Shown here: piece by piece, positions 49,264-59,269 of the stretch | Layout: every line of letters begins with the position of its first letter | Position numbering within the stretch: the first letter of the stretch is position 1 | NCBI GenBank assembly: GCA_964423885.1 | Contig: CAYRGD010000003.1 | Span: 73,270 to 137,269, forward strand | Reading direction: 5' to 3' | Length of the DNA: 64,000 nucleotides | Source: an uncultured Candidatus Saccharibacteria bacterium | GTDB lineage: Bacteria > Patescibacteriota > UBA1384 > JACPKC01 | Made by a program: the position numbers and the translations under genes | The notes under the pieces: generated by a model | Told to the model about the DNA's origin: nothing | The model's input: the letters and a program-made list of their open reading frames with translations, nothing else | Database searches by the model: none

Positions 49264-52200
49264 ATGGCTGACGACCACGCCGCAGTACGCGGATCATCGC
49301 TGTCGCGCAAGCTGCGCGCATCGCGGACGTTGCTCCCGCAGCTCCAGGTACTCCACGACCGGTTGCTCGACCGCTCGTCCCTCTACAATAGCTGGCACTT
49401 GCAGCCGTACGCGCTGCCGTTGCACGGTGCGCTGTTGGTCGGTCTTGTCGCCTTCGGCGTGGCGGTCGTCTTCCAGTCCGTCGCGGTGGTACGGGCGGCC
49501 AACGCCTGCGAATCCGTAGCGACCGGCAACTGGACGAACCCGGCCACGTGGACCAGTTGCGGCGGCACGGTTCCCGGCGCCGCCGATACCGTCACGATCC
49601 AATCGGGCCACACCGTGACCGTGGACGACGACGCGGCCGCGTCGAGCGTGGTTATTACCGCGAACAATACGGCCGGCGGCAACGGGATCACGATCGCGGC
49701 GGGCAAGACCTTAGCGGTAACAGGCGCGGTCACGATTACCGCCCCTACGATGAACACCACGAACGGGACGCTCGCAGTGGGCAGCGGATCGCTCATGGCC
49801 GGCAGCATCGCGATCGGGGGCGCTACCACAAACCGCATCGGCCAGCTGACCCTGTCAACGGGTACGGTGACGACAACCGGCAGCGTGACGTTCACCGGCA
49901 CAGCCGCTTCGGCGCGATTCATCTCGACCGGCGCAAGCACGGCCAATATCAGCGGGGATTTCGGATCCGGCGGCACGGTGACGACAAGCGGCACCGGCAC
50001 AATCCGGTTCACGGGCAACGCAGCGCAGTCCATCGGCGCCTATACCACCTATAACAATCTTGAGGTCGCCAGTACCGGCGGCAGCGTCTCGTTCCTGGGT
50101 ACGGCCACGATCGGCGGCACGCTCACGGTCAGTTCGGGGACGCTCGATATTGCCGGCGTCACCACCGTCGTGACCGGCGCGACGCTCATCCAGGGTACGT
50201 TGCAGGTGAGTAATACGGCAGGCAACAAGACGTTCGGCGACATCACTGTCGCCAACGGCGGCACGGTGAGCTTCACCGCGGCCGAGGCGATCGCCATGAA
50301 CGGCAACCTGGCGGTCAACGGCGCCGGGGCGATTACCGGCACGACCGGTCTCTGGACCTTCCAACGCGCCGGGGGCGGTACAATTTCAGGGTCGGCAACC
50401 GCGGTGACGCTTACGAGTGCGACCTTCACGACCGACTACGCGGTCTCGATCCCGTTCAGCGTCCCGACGATCACCGTTACCGGCGTGACGCTCACGAACA
50501 ACAGCACGGTCACGGCTGCCACTGCGCTGTCGGGAACCGGTTCGTTCATCCAGGGAACCAATGCGACGCTCAATCTCGGCGGTACGTCGGCGATCACGGC
50601 GCTCACCGCCACGGCCAGCCCGAACACAGTCCAGTATGTGAGTACGACGGGTGCGCAGACGCTCAAGGGCATTGCCTATCACCACCTTGTCGTGGCCAAG
50701 TCGGCCCAGATCGGCACGCTCGGCGGGGCCGTGACCGTCAACGGCAACCTCGCGGTCAGCTCCGGGAGCCTGAACGACGGCGGGTTCCAGATCACGGGGA
50801 ACGCCACCGGCACGCTGACGGTCGCATCCGGCGCGACGCTGCGGCTGGGGACAACCGCTGCCAGCACCGCCTTCCCCACCGGCTTCGTCGGCGCCAATAT
50901 CTCGCTGCCAGCAGGTTCGACCGTGGTCTACAACTCGAACCCGGCGCAAACGATCGCGGTACCGGTCGCGTACGCGAACCTGTCATTGGTCGCGACAGCC
51001 GCGAGTACGAAGACGCTGGCCGGGCCGCTGACGGTCAACGGCACCCTCAACGTCGGGTCGAACAACACCCTGGCCGATGCCGGCAACCTTGTCACCGCCA
51101 AGGAGAATATCGTGATGACCGGGGCCTATACCGGCACCAATAAAGTATTGCTCACCGGCAGCGCGTCGGGCCATACCCTGACTGGCACAGGCAGTTACGC
51201 CGCCATCGAGCTCGACGACAGCAACGGCGCTTCGCACGCGACCGCGCTCACGGTCACCGGCCCGTTGACGCTCACGGCCGGCACCTGGACGGCCTCGAAT
51301 ACGTTGAGCGTCGGCGGCGCCACGACGATCAACGGCACGCTCGCGATCGCGTCGACGACCGGCACCAAGACGTTCGCGGCGGTCACTGTCGCCTCGGGCG
51401 GCACGCTGCGCTTTACCGCCGCCGAAGCGCTGGACGGCAGTGGCACGCTCACTGTCGCATCGGGCGGCACGGTCGATTTCGTTGCGGCCGGCATCATCAA
51501 TCTTGCCGCCGATTTCGCGATCAACGGCACGGGCGCGCTTACGGGTACGAGCGGCACCTGGACCTTCTCGAAGCCCGGTGGCACCGGCACGATCGGCGGA
51601 TCGGTGTCGTCGTTGACGTTCCCGGGCAACGTATCCTTCACGACGAGCTATACAGTAGCCTACCCGTTGACCGTGAACGGCATGGCTGTCGGCGCCAGCG
51701 CAGCCATTAGCAACCCGTCGACGATGACCGTGAACGGGACGCTGTCCGGCACCGGCACCTTCATCCAAGGGATCGGCACGGTACTCAATGTACGGTCGGT
51801 CAGCATCACGAACCTGGGAGCGAGTGCGACTGGCAACATAGTCCGCTACATCGACGGCGGCGGAACCGTGAAGGGCACGACGTACAACGATCTTGAGATC
51901 GCCGAGACGCCCGGGGCGACCGCCTCGGCCCAGGGCACCCTGGTGGTGCTCGGCAACCTCGTGGCTACCTCGGGCATCCTGAACCCGGCCGGCAGCACAT
52001 TTACCGTCATGGGCTCGACCGACATCTACGAGGCGATCCGCGACGTGAGCGGCGGCGGATCCGGCGGCAACAATACCTTCGAGGGGCCGGTCACCGTCCA
52101 TCCTGGCGCCGACTGGATCGGGATTCCGGGCGAGGTGGTCGATTACCACTTCAAGAACGGGTTGACGATGAACGGCAACAGCTTCGTCGCCGGGTCGGGC

Positions 52201-53970
52201 ACCTACTTCTTCGAAGGCAACGACCAGACGCTTGCGGGTTCGCTCACGGCGGACTTCCGGATCATGCAGGTGGACGGCATCACGCTTGCGGCCAGTACCG
52301 GCTTCGATATCAGCAATACGCTCACGCTGGCATCCGGTGCGCGGATCGTGCCGGATCCGGCGGCAGCCATCAACGGCTCGACGCAGCAAGGCACATTGAC
52401 GGGCAACGGCAGTGTGGACGTGACCCGCACCGCCGCGACCGCGGATTTTGCGAGCCAGTACAATTTCTCGGTCAATGTCCTGACGGGCGTCGAGGTCCGC
52501 TACGTCGGCACGGCGGCCCAGGTGCTGAGCTCCGCGCCATACGTAGACGTCACGATCGATAACCCGTCCGGCGTCACGCTGCCGGCCGACGTTACAGTGG
52601 GCGGTACGCTCGCGCTCACGCATGGCCTGGTCGCGACCGGGGCGAGCCGCCTGATCATGGGCAGCAGCGGTTCGGTCGCCAGGACCGACGGGTACGTCGT
52701 CGGCCGGTTCCAGAAAGCGGTGCCGACCGGTGCGCCGGCACTCACCTTCGAGATCGGCGACGCGACGCAGTACGCGCCGCTCGATATCGCGTTCACGGGC
52801 GTGACCTCGTCCGGCGATCTGCTCGCAAGCGTCACGTCCGCCGACCATCCAGATATCGCCAATTCGGGCCTGGCGTACAACAAGAGCGTCAACCGGTACT
52901 GGACGATGGAGCAGATCGGCCTTGTCTTCGGCAGCTACGATGCCACCTTCCACTTCGTGTCGAGCGACCTTGATCCCGGCACCGACATGGCCTCGCTCGC
53001 CGTCGCAAAGAAGGACGCATCATGGACGTTGCCTGCGCCCGGTATCCGCACCGCGACCAGTACCCAGGCTACCGGCATGACGGACTTCAGTGACTACGTA
53101 CTCGGCAAGGCCGGGTCCGACCAGGCGCCTGTAGCCAGCGCGGTGACGGTGTCGGGCAGTACTGCGCTCGGCAGCACATTGCTCGGCGGCTACACCTATA
53201 CGGATGCCGAGGGCGACCTTGAGGGTACAAGCACGTTCCGCTGGCTGCGCAACGGCACGCCGATCCCCGGCGCGACCGCAGCTACCTACGTGATTACGGC
53301 CGACGACCTGGGTGCGACCCTGACGTTCGAAGTGACGCCGGTTGCACAAAGCGGAACGACGCCCGGCCTGCCGGCAGTGAGCGCAGGATTCTCGGTGCCG
53401 GTGCCGTCTGATGGCAGTAGTGAGGATGGGGATACTGGGAATGATACCGGTGGTACCGTCGAGGATAATGCTGGGACGGACGACAACGACTCCTCGACGC
53501 ATAGTGCCAGTACGTCCAATCGGCCGCAGTCGGGAACCAGCCTCGTGCAACCAGGCAGCCTGCTGCTACCATTGCTGCCGCCCGTGAACTTCATGGCGGA
53601 TACGGCCAAGAGCTTAGCAGGCCAACCGTTCATACTATTGCTCCTGCTATCGCTCTGCTGCCTCGTGCTCTACCGCTGGCCCTGGATCCTGGCCTGGCTC
53701 CACGACGACCTCTATGTCGGTCGGCTCGACCGGTCGCTGGAGGTTGAGGATGTGAAGACCTTGTTCGACGCGGCTGGTACCGTCGACTCGGTCCGCGTGC
53801 ACGACCGGCCGACCCACCGGAACCTGCGGTACGCGTTCGTCCGGATGCGGACCGACGCCCAAGCGCGGAAAGCGATGAAGACCTTGCATGGCAAAGACGT
53901 CCGCGGCCATGCGCTCACCGTCCGGCGTGTCCGTGATCTCTGGAGGCCGCACGATGACGCGAACCGCTGA
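49264..53970 (+). CDS. Giant Gly/Thr-rich beta-strand-repeat surface protein with Ig-like domain, TM anchor and C-terminal RRM domain
   Basis: Signal/anchor ending in VRA-A; GNW....TW..G.VP (G8-like) start; beta-repeat passenger; Y.YTD.EGD.E..S.F.W.R Ig-like domain; acidic linker; TM helix; then LYVGRL...RYAFVRM RRM. Confidence 0.8.
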   Translation: MADDHAAVRGSSLSRKLRASRTLLPQLQVLHDRLLDRSSLYNSWHLQPYALPLHGALLVGLVAFGVAVVFQSVAVVRAANACESVATGNWTNPATWTSCGGTVPGAADTVTIQSGHTVTVDDDAAASSVVITANNTAGGNGITIAAGKTLAVTGAVTITAPTMNTTNGTLAVGSGSLMAGSIAIGGATTNRIGQLTLSTGTVTTTGSVTFTGTAASARFISTGASTANISGDFGSGGTVTTSGTGTIRFTGNAAQSIGAYTTYNNLEVASTGGSVSFLGTATIGGTLTVSSGTLDIAGVTTVVTGATLIQGTLQVSNTAGNKTFGDITVANGGTVSFTAAEAIAMNGNLAVNGAGAITGTTGLWTFQRAGGGTISGSATAVTLTSATFTTDYAVSIPFSVPTITVTGVTLTNNSTVTAATALSGTGSFIQGTNATLNLGGTSAITALTATASPNTVQYVSTTGAQTLKGIAYHHLVVAKSAQIGTLGGAVTVNGNLAVSSGSLNDGGFQITGNATGTLTVASGATLRLGTTAASTAFPTGFVGANISLPAGSTVVYNSNPAQTIAVPVAYANLSLVATAASTKTLAGPLTVNGTLNVGSNNTLADAGNLVTAKENIVMTGAYTGTNKVLLTGSASGHTLTGTGSYAAIELDDSNGASHATALTVTGPLTLTAGTWTASNTLSVGGATTINGTLAIASTTGTKTFAAVTVASGGTLRFTAAEALDGSGTLTVASGGTVDFVAAGIINLAADFAINGTGALTGTSGTWTFSKPGGTGTIGGSVSSLTFPGNVSFTTSYTVAYPLTVNGMAVGASAAISNPSTMTVNGTLSGTGTFIQGIGTVLNVRSVSITNLGASATGNIVRYIDGGGTVKGTTYNDLEIAETPGATASAQGTLVVLGNLVATSGILNPAGSTFTVMGSTDIYEAIRDVSGGGSGGNNTFEGPVTVHPGADWIGIPGEVVDYHFKNGLTMNGNSFVAGSGTYFFEGNDQTLAGSLTADFRIMQVDGITLAASTGFDISNTLTLASGARIVPDPAAAINGSTQQGTLTGNGSVDVTRTAATADFASQYNFSVNVLTGVEVRYVGTAAQVLSSAPYVDVTIDNPSGVTLPADVTVGGTLALTHGLVATGASRLIMGSSGSVARTDGYVVGRFQKAVPTGAPALTFEIGDATQYAPLDIAFTGVTSSGDLLASVTSADHPDIANSGLAYNKSVNRYWTMEQIGLVFGSYDATFHFVSSDLDPGTDMASLAVAKKDASWTLPAPGIRTATSTQATGMTDFSDYVLGKAGSDQAPVASAVTVSGSTALGSTLLGGYTYTDAEGDLEGTSTFRWLRNGTPIPGATAATYVITADDLGATLTFEVTPVAQSGTTPGLPAVSAGFSVPVPSDGSSEDGDTGNDTGGTVEDNAGTDDNDSSTHSASTSNRPQSGTSLVQPGSLLLPLLPPVNFMADTAKSLAGQPFILLLLLSLCCLVLYRWPWILAWLHDDLYVGRLDRSLEVEDVKTLFDAAGTVDSVRVHDRPTHRNLRYAFVRMRTDAQARKAMKTLHGKDVRGHALTVRRVRDLWRPHDDANR

Positions 53971-56560
53971 CCGCGTGTACCGCCGCCTGCTTGCTCTGAC
54001 CCTGCTCGTATCCCTCCAGGTCTTGGGTATCCAGGTGACAGCCCCGTTCGTGGCGACGGAACACGACGACGCCGTGAAAACCTCTGCCCAATCCGCTTTC
54101 GCCACCCTCCCACTCGCCTTCGAGCCGAACCTCGGCCAGGCCGAGGATTCGGTGGACTTCCTCGTCCACCACGGCCAAGCCGTGACGGCGTTTTCCAGTA
54201 CGGGCACCACGACCAGCGTGGGCGGGAGGCAGGTGACGATGTCGCTTACCGGTGCTGCAGAACAGGCGTTCAGCGGCACTGAAGAGCTTCCCTCGAAGAC
54301 GAACTACTTCCTTGGCAACGACCAATCCAACTGGCAGTCGGATATCCCGAACTACGGCAGGCTGCTGGCCAAGGATGTCTATCCAGGCATCGACTTAGCC
54401 TACTACGGCACCAACTCGCAGCTGGAACATGATTTCATCGTCAGTCCCGGTGCGGACTACAAGCGGATCGCGTTCGGTTTCACCGGCCAGGACGATCTGT
54501 TGCTGGATGATGGCGGCAATCTCGTCTTAAAGGCTGGCGACGATACCTTGACCCTCAATGCCCCGGTCACGTACCAAGTCGGCGACCATGACAAACACAC
54601 GATCCCGAGCAGCTTCGAACTCAAGGACGGCACCGTCACGGTCGCTGTGGCGGATACCTATGATCCGGCGAAACCGCTCGTGATCGACCCGGTGTTGTCG
54701 CTCGTGTATTCGACGTATTTGGGAGGGAGTGACTACGATGAAGGCTATAGTATCGCAAGCGACCCGAACGGGAATATTATTCTCTCTGGCCGCACGCTCT
54801 CGATGAATTTCCCTACGTCTACGCCATACCAAGCAGGTAACGCTGGTGGCGCGTACGACGCGTTCGTGCTCAAGCTCGATCCTGATGGCTTAGGATTGGT
54901 GTATTCGACCTATCTCGGAGGCACCGGCGGTGATGAGGGTTACAACGTTGCGGTCGACTTTAATGGTAATGCCTATCTCATCGGCTACACGACCTCGACG
55001 GATTTTCCGACGGCGTCGCCATTCCAAGCTGTCCACGGCGGCGGTGTGTACGACGCGTTTCTTACCAAGATCAACGCATCGGGTTCAGCGCTTACGTACT
55101 CAACCTATCTCGGTGGGAGCGGCTCAGACTTCGGGTATGACATCGCGCTGGATGCAGGCGGCAGCGCGTACGTGGTCGGCAGAACTGCCTCGACCAACTT
55201 TCCGACCAGCTCGCCTATCCAGGGATCGAACGGCGGCGGCTACGATGTCTTTCTGACGAAATTCACTGCTACAGGTTCGGCGTTAGCGTATTCGACCTAC
55301 ATCGGTGGGAGTAACAACGATCAGGCAAGCAGTATTGTTCTTGACGCAACAAATAACGCCTACGTCGCCGGACAAACGCGCTCGGTAAATTTTCCAACCG
55401 TAGCTCCATACCAGGCTGCGATCGCAGGCGGTGCCGATGCGTTCGTAACAAAGGTCAATGCATCGGGTTCGGCGCTGGCATACTCCAGCTATCTTGGAGG
55501 TGGTACTGGCGATGATTTGGGCTTCGGCGTTGCCGTTGACGGCGACGGAAATATGTACGTCATGGGGAACACGGCATCCACGGACTTCCCGACGGTGTCG
55601 CCGCTCCAGGCCGCGAATGGCGGCGGCTACGATGTCTTTCTGACGAAATTCACTGCGGCAGGCTCGGCGCTGACATATTCGACCTACATTGGCGGAAGCA
55701 GTACGGATTTCGGCTACGGCTTCGTGATCGATGAAAACCAGAACGCGTTCGTTGCCGGCTTTACGAACTCAACGAACTTCCCCACTGCTTCGGCGTACCA
55801 GGCCACGTACGGCGGCGGTCCTGACGATGCCTTTATCATGCACTTGGATGCGACCGGTTCGGCGCTGGCATACTCCACGTTCCTGGGTGGAAGTGGCGAT
55901 GATATCGCAAACAATCTCATCATCGACCTCAGCGGGAATGTGTATGTCACGGGCTACACTGGATCGACTAACTTTCCAACCGCCAATGCGTTCCAAGGAG
56001 CAAGAGCCGGTGGCAACGACGCCTACATCACCCAGCTCACCGAACACACCGTCGACCTTGAAGCCCGCGTGAATCCAAGCCTGAACTTCGCTGTCGGCAG
56101 TGCTAGCTGTGCCCTCGGCACGCTTTCGATTACCCAGACCCAACAGTGCACGTACACGCTGTCGGCAGCCACCAACGGGGAGTCGGGGTATGCGGTTTCA
56201 TACCTTCCAGCTGCGACGCTCACGAGCGGCGGGAACACGATTACTGCTCTTAGTTCGCCTACAGCCAGTACGCTCAATACCGAACAGTTCGGGTTGAACT
56301 TGGCTGCCAATACGGCAGTTGGCTCGCATACGGCAGCGGATTTCGGTGCGGTTCCGAGCGGCGGATCCGGTACTGTGGCAGCCAACTACGCTACGGCGAA
56401 CTCGTTCAAGTTCGCGACGGCTGGCGACCAAGTCGCGTCGTCCGTCGGGCCGTCGCTCGCGACCACGTATACCGTGTCGACCATTGCCAACATCGGCAAC
56501 ACGACGGAGGCCGGAACCTATAGCACGACGATCACATACAATATCGTCGCGGGGTACTAG
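53954..56560 (+). CDS. SBBP beta-propeller repeat surface protein (paralog 1)
   Basis: LAFEPNLGQ, NYFLGND and LVIDP motifs; repeated YSTYLGGSG.D....IA.D..GNAY..G.T.S.NFP units; C-terminal AG.Y.TTITY domain. SD GGAGG; overlaps the upstream stop. Confidence 0.88.
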   Translation: MTRTADRVYRRLLALTLLVSLQVLGIQVTAPFVATEHDDAVKTSAQSAFATLPLAFEPNLGQAEDSVDFLVHHGQAVTAFSSTGTTTSVGGRQVTMSLTGAAEQAFSGTEELPSKTNYFLGNDQSNWQSDIPNYGRLLAKDVYPGIDLAYYGTNSQLEHDFIVSPGADYKRIAFGFTGQDDLLLDDGGNLVLKAGDDTLTLNAPVTYQVGDHDKHTIPSSFELKDGTVTVAVADTYDPAKPLVIDPVLSLVYSTYLGGSDYDEGYSIASDPNGNIILSGRTLSMNFPTSTPYQAGNAGGAYDAFVLKLDPDGLGLVYSTYLGGTGGDEGYNVAVDFNGNAYLIGYTTSTDFPTASPFQAVHGGGVYDAFLTKINASGSALTYSTYLGGSGSDFGYDIALDAGGSAYVVGRTASTNFPTSSPIQGSNGGGYDVFLTKFTATGSALAYSTYIGGSNNDQASSIVLDATNNAYVAGQTRSVNFPTVAPYQAAIAGGADAFVTKVNASGSALAYSSYLGGGTGDDLGFGVAVDGDGNMYVMGNTASTDFPTVSPLQAANGGGYDVFLTKFTAAGSALTYSTYIGGSSTDFGYGFVIDENQNAFVAGFTNSTNFPTASAYQATYGGGPDDAFIMHLDATGSALAYSTFLGGSGDDIANNLIIDLSGNVYVTGYTGSTNFPTANAFQGARAGGNDAYITQLTEHTVDLEARVNPSLNFAVGSASCALGTLSITQTQQCTYTLSAATNGESGYAVSYLPAATLTSGGNTITALSSPTASTLNTEQFGLNLAANTAVGSHTAADFGAVPSGGSGTVAANYATANSFKFATAGDQVASSVGPSLATTYTVSTIANIGNTTEAGTYSTTITYNIVAGY
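55232..55656 (+). repeat. Exact 38-bp direct repeat inside SBBP gene (55232-55269 and 55619-55656)
   Basis: GGCGGCGGCTACGATGTCTTTCTGACGAAATTCACTGC occurs twice, 387 nt (129 codons) apart. Confidence 0.85.
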
Positions 56561-56582
56561 AACGGATCCCGCACTACAACGA

Positions 56583-56607
56583 AGAAGACGCCTGTGCGGC
56601 GTCTTCT
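56583..56607. terminator. Bidirectional terminator
   Basis: AGAAGACGCC-TGTGC-GGCGTCTTCT between convergent genes. Confidence 0.7.
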
Positions 56608-56629
56608 GTTCGGTTCGCGAAGAAACGGT

Positions 56630-56902
56630 TTAGGCTTCTTTCGGGCGCGCTTCGTTCACGCGGATCGTGCGGCCGTCCAGGTCCTTCTCGTTCCAGAGCT
56701 GGATCGCAGCCTGGGCCTCTTCGGGCGAGCCCATCTCAACGAAGCCGAAACCCTTCGACTGGCCGGTCGCCCGGTCCATGATCACGCTCGCCGACGCCAC
56801 GGTACCGGCCTGTTCGAAGGCGGTGCGGAGGCTGGCATCGGTGGTGTTGTACGACAGGTTGCCGACGTAAAGCTTGGCTTTGTTCTCTTGGGTGTTGTCC
56901 AT
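56630..56902 (-). CDS. Stand-alone RRM (RNP-1) RNA-binding protein
   Basis: RNP2 LYVGNL, RNP1 KGFGFVEM and RVNEARP motifs. Confidence 0.95.
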   Translation of the reverse strand: MDNTQENKAKLYVGNLSYNTTDASLRTAFEQAGTVASASVIMDRATGQSKGFGFVEMGSPEEAQAAIQLWNEKDLDGRTIRVNEARPKEA

Positions 56903-57062
56903 AAAGTATCCTTCTTGCTTACTTGCTGACTGCTGTACGAGAGCGCCGTATCGACCACACTGGCCACTTCCAGGACAGTATACCGAAAGATCGGAATGCA
57001 ACCAGGTGGACAACGGGGCCGGATCGCGGTATAGTCCTTTGGTTCACCAAGGGAATCCTCCT

Positions 57063-58883
57063 ATGACCGACCCGACCACCATCCGCAATATCGCGATCAT
57101 CGCCCACGTCGACCACGGCAAAACCACGCTCGTCGACGGACTCTTGAAGCAGTCCAAACTGTTCCGCGAGAACGAGGCCGCCATGGGCCAGGAACTCATC
57201 ATGGATTCCAACGACCAGGAACGCGAGCGCGGGATCACGATCCTGGCCAAGCAGACCTCGGTCACCTGGAACGGGTACAAGATCAACATCGTGGATACGC
57301 CCGGCCACGCGGATTTCGGCGGCGAGGTCGAACGGACGCTCAACCTGGCCGACGGCGTCGTGCTCGTGATCGACGCCAAAGAAGGCCCGATGCCGCAGAC
57401 CAAGTTTGTCCTGAAGAAAGCGCTCGAGCTGAAGCTCCGCCCGATCGTCGTCATCAACAAGATCGATAAGCCCGACGCGCGGGTCGACGAGGTCGTCTCG
57501 CTCACCTCGGACCTGTTCCTCGACCTGGCGACCGACGACAGCCAGCTCGAGTTCCCGATCTACTACGCGATCGGCCGCGACGGGAAAGCCTGGGCCGAGA
57601 TGCCGGCCGATCCCACGGCCCCGGCCGACCTGGCGCCGCTGTTCGAAGGCATCATCGAGCACGTACCGGCGCCGCACGTGGAAACCGGTCCGTTCCAGTT
57701 GCTGGTCGCCTCGCTCGACTGGGACAACTACCAAGGCAAGTATGCGATCGGCCGCATCCGCCGCGGCAGCATCAAGGCTGGCCAGCGCGTCATGATCGTG
57801 GGCGAGCAGGGTGCACCGCTCGCCGCAGCGGTCGACAAGGTTTTCGTGAACGTGGGCCTCAAGCGCGACGAGGTCGCCGAGGCGGGGGCGGGCGAGATCG
57901 TGGCCCTGACCGGCCTTGCGGCCGCAAGTATCGGCGATACGGTTGCCGACCCGGCCGACGCCACGGCCCTGCCTCGGATCAGCGTCGAGGAGCCGACGCT
58001 CAAGATGACCGTGGGCGCCAACACCTCGCCGTTCGCGGGCCGTGAGGGCAAGTTCGTGACCAGCCGCCAGATCCTCGACCGCATCAAGAAAGAGCTCGAA
58101 GTGAACGTCGCCATTAAGATGGAAGAGACGCCCGGCGGTGAGTTCGTGCTGGCCGGCCGCGGCGAACTCCACCTGTCGGTCTTCATCGAAACGATGCGGC
58201 GCGAGGGATACGAACTGCAGGTCGGCAAGCCGCAAGTAGTGACCAAAGTGGTCGACGGCACCACCGTCGAACCGGTCGAGGAATTGATCGTCGACGTGGC
58301 CGAGGAATATGCCGGTGCGGTCACGGCTGAGCTGGGCCGACGACGCGCGGTGTTCATGGGTCAGCAGCCGAATACCGACAGTTCGGTACGGCTCACGTTC
58401 GAGGCGACCACGCGCGCGCTACTCGGCCTGCGTAGCCAGCTACTTACCTTATCGCGCGGTACGGCGGTGATGAACTCGCTGTTCCTGCGGTTCGCGCCGG
58501 TCGCCGCTGCGCTGCCCAAGCTGCGCAATGGCGCATTGGTTGCATCGGATACCGGCAAGGCGGTCGCCTACGGGTTGGATATCGCCCAGGGCCGGGGTAT
58601 CACCTTCATTCCGCCGCAGACGCAGGTGTACGAAGGGATGATCGTGGGCCTCAACTCGCGCGAAACCGACCTGGAAATCAACGTCACCAAGGAAAAGAAG
58701 CTCACCAATATCCGCGCGTCCGGTTCCGACGACGCGATCGTGCTCACCCCGTTCACGAACTTGAGCCTCGAAGAGTGCTTGGACTTCCTCGAAGAGGACG
58801 AACTGCTCGAAGTAACACCCGCCAGCCTGCGACTGCGCAAGCGGCTGCTCAAGGCCAACGACCGGGCCAAAGCGCGTAAGTGA
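57063..58883 (+). CDS. typA: Translational GTPase TypA/BipA
   Basis: IRNIAIIAHVDHGKTT, ERERGITILAK, DTPGHADFGGEVER, GRGELHL and LEVTP motifs. Confidence 0.96.
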   Translation: MTDPTTIRNIAIIAHVDHGKTTLVDGLLKQSKLFRENEAAMGQELIMDSNDQERERGITILAKQTSVTWNGYKINIVDTPGHADFGGEVERTLNLADGVVLVIDAKEGPMPQTKFVLKKALELKLRPIVVINKIDKPDARVDEVVSLTSDLFLDLATDDSQLEFPIYYAIGRDGKAWAEMPADPTAPADLAPLFEGIIEHVPAPHVETGPFQLLVASLDWDNYQGKYAIGRIRRGSIKAGQRVMIVGEQGAPLAAAVDKVFVNVGLKRDEVAEAGAGEIVALTGLAAASIGDTVADPADATALPRISVEEPTLKMTVGANTSPFAGREGKFVTSRQILDRIKKELEVNVAIKMEETPGGEFVLAGRGELHLSVFIETMRREGYELQVGKPQVVTKVVDGTTVEPVEELIVDVAEEYAGAVTAELGRRRAVFMGQQPNTDSSVRLTFEATTRALLGLRSQLLTLSRGTAVMNSLFLRFAPVAAALPKLRNGALVASDTGKAVAYGLDIAQGRGITFIPPQTQVYEGMIVGLNSRETDLEINVTKEKKLTNIRASGSDDAIVLTPFTNLSLEECLDFLEEDELLEVTPASLRLRKRLLKANDRAKARK

Positions 58884-58903
58884 GAGGCTTCCTGGTAACG
58901 CGC

Positions 58904-58930
58904 ACTGCCCCGACCAATGGTCGGGGCAGT
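58904..58930. terminator. Hairpin between convergent typA and DUF378 genes
   Basis: ACTGCCCCGACC-AAT-GGTCGGGGCAGT, a perfect 12-bp stem. Confidence 0.7.
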
Positions 58931-58936
58931 CTCGTC

Positions 58937-59149
58937 TTACTTGGAATCCATCATCTTGCCGCCCATCATGACGACAATATAGAGCGCCGCGATACCGACC
59001 AGGTCGTACACGACCTTGGCCGCCATCGACATGTCGCCGCCCGTCAGCGAACCGACGAGGTTGTAGCCGAAGAAGCCGACAAGACCCCAATTCAAGGCGC
59101 CGACGATCACAAGGATCCACGCCACCCAATCCAAGGCATTCATCTTCAT
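58937..59149 (-). CDS. DUF378 family small membrane protein
   Basis: ILVIVGALNWGLVG.F..NLV and VY.LVG.AAL motifs. Confidence 0.9.
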   Translation of the reverse strand: MKMNALDWVAWILVIVGALNWGLVGFFGYNLVGSLTGGDMSMAAKVVYDLVGIAALYIVVMMGGKMMDSK

Positions 59150-59234
59150 CTGCCCTCACCCCCTCCCGCCCACTATGGAATTGTTACGTCCATACTACCA
59201 GACGATGAGAATCGGCTGAAACCGAACCCGTGCG

Positions 59235-59263
59235 TTGACGGCCCGCCGATGACCGTGTATCGT
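59235..59263 (+). promoter_or_regulatory. Sigma70-like promoter driving the intergenic transcript
   Basis: TTGACG-17 nt-TATCGT. Confidence 0.55.
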
Positions 59264-59269
59264 TGGGCG

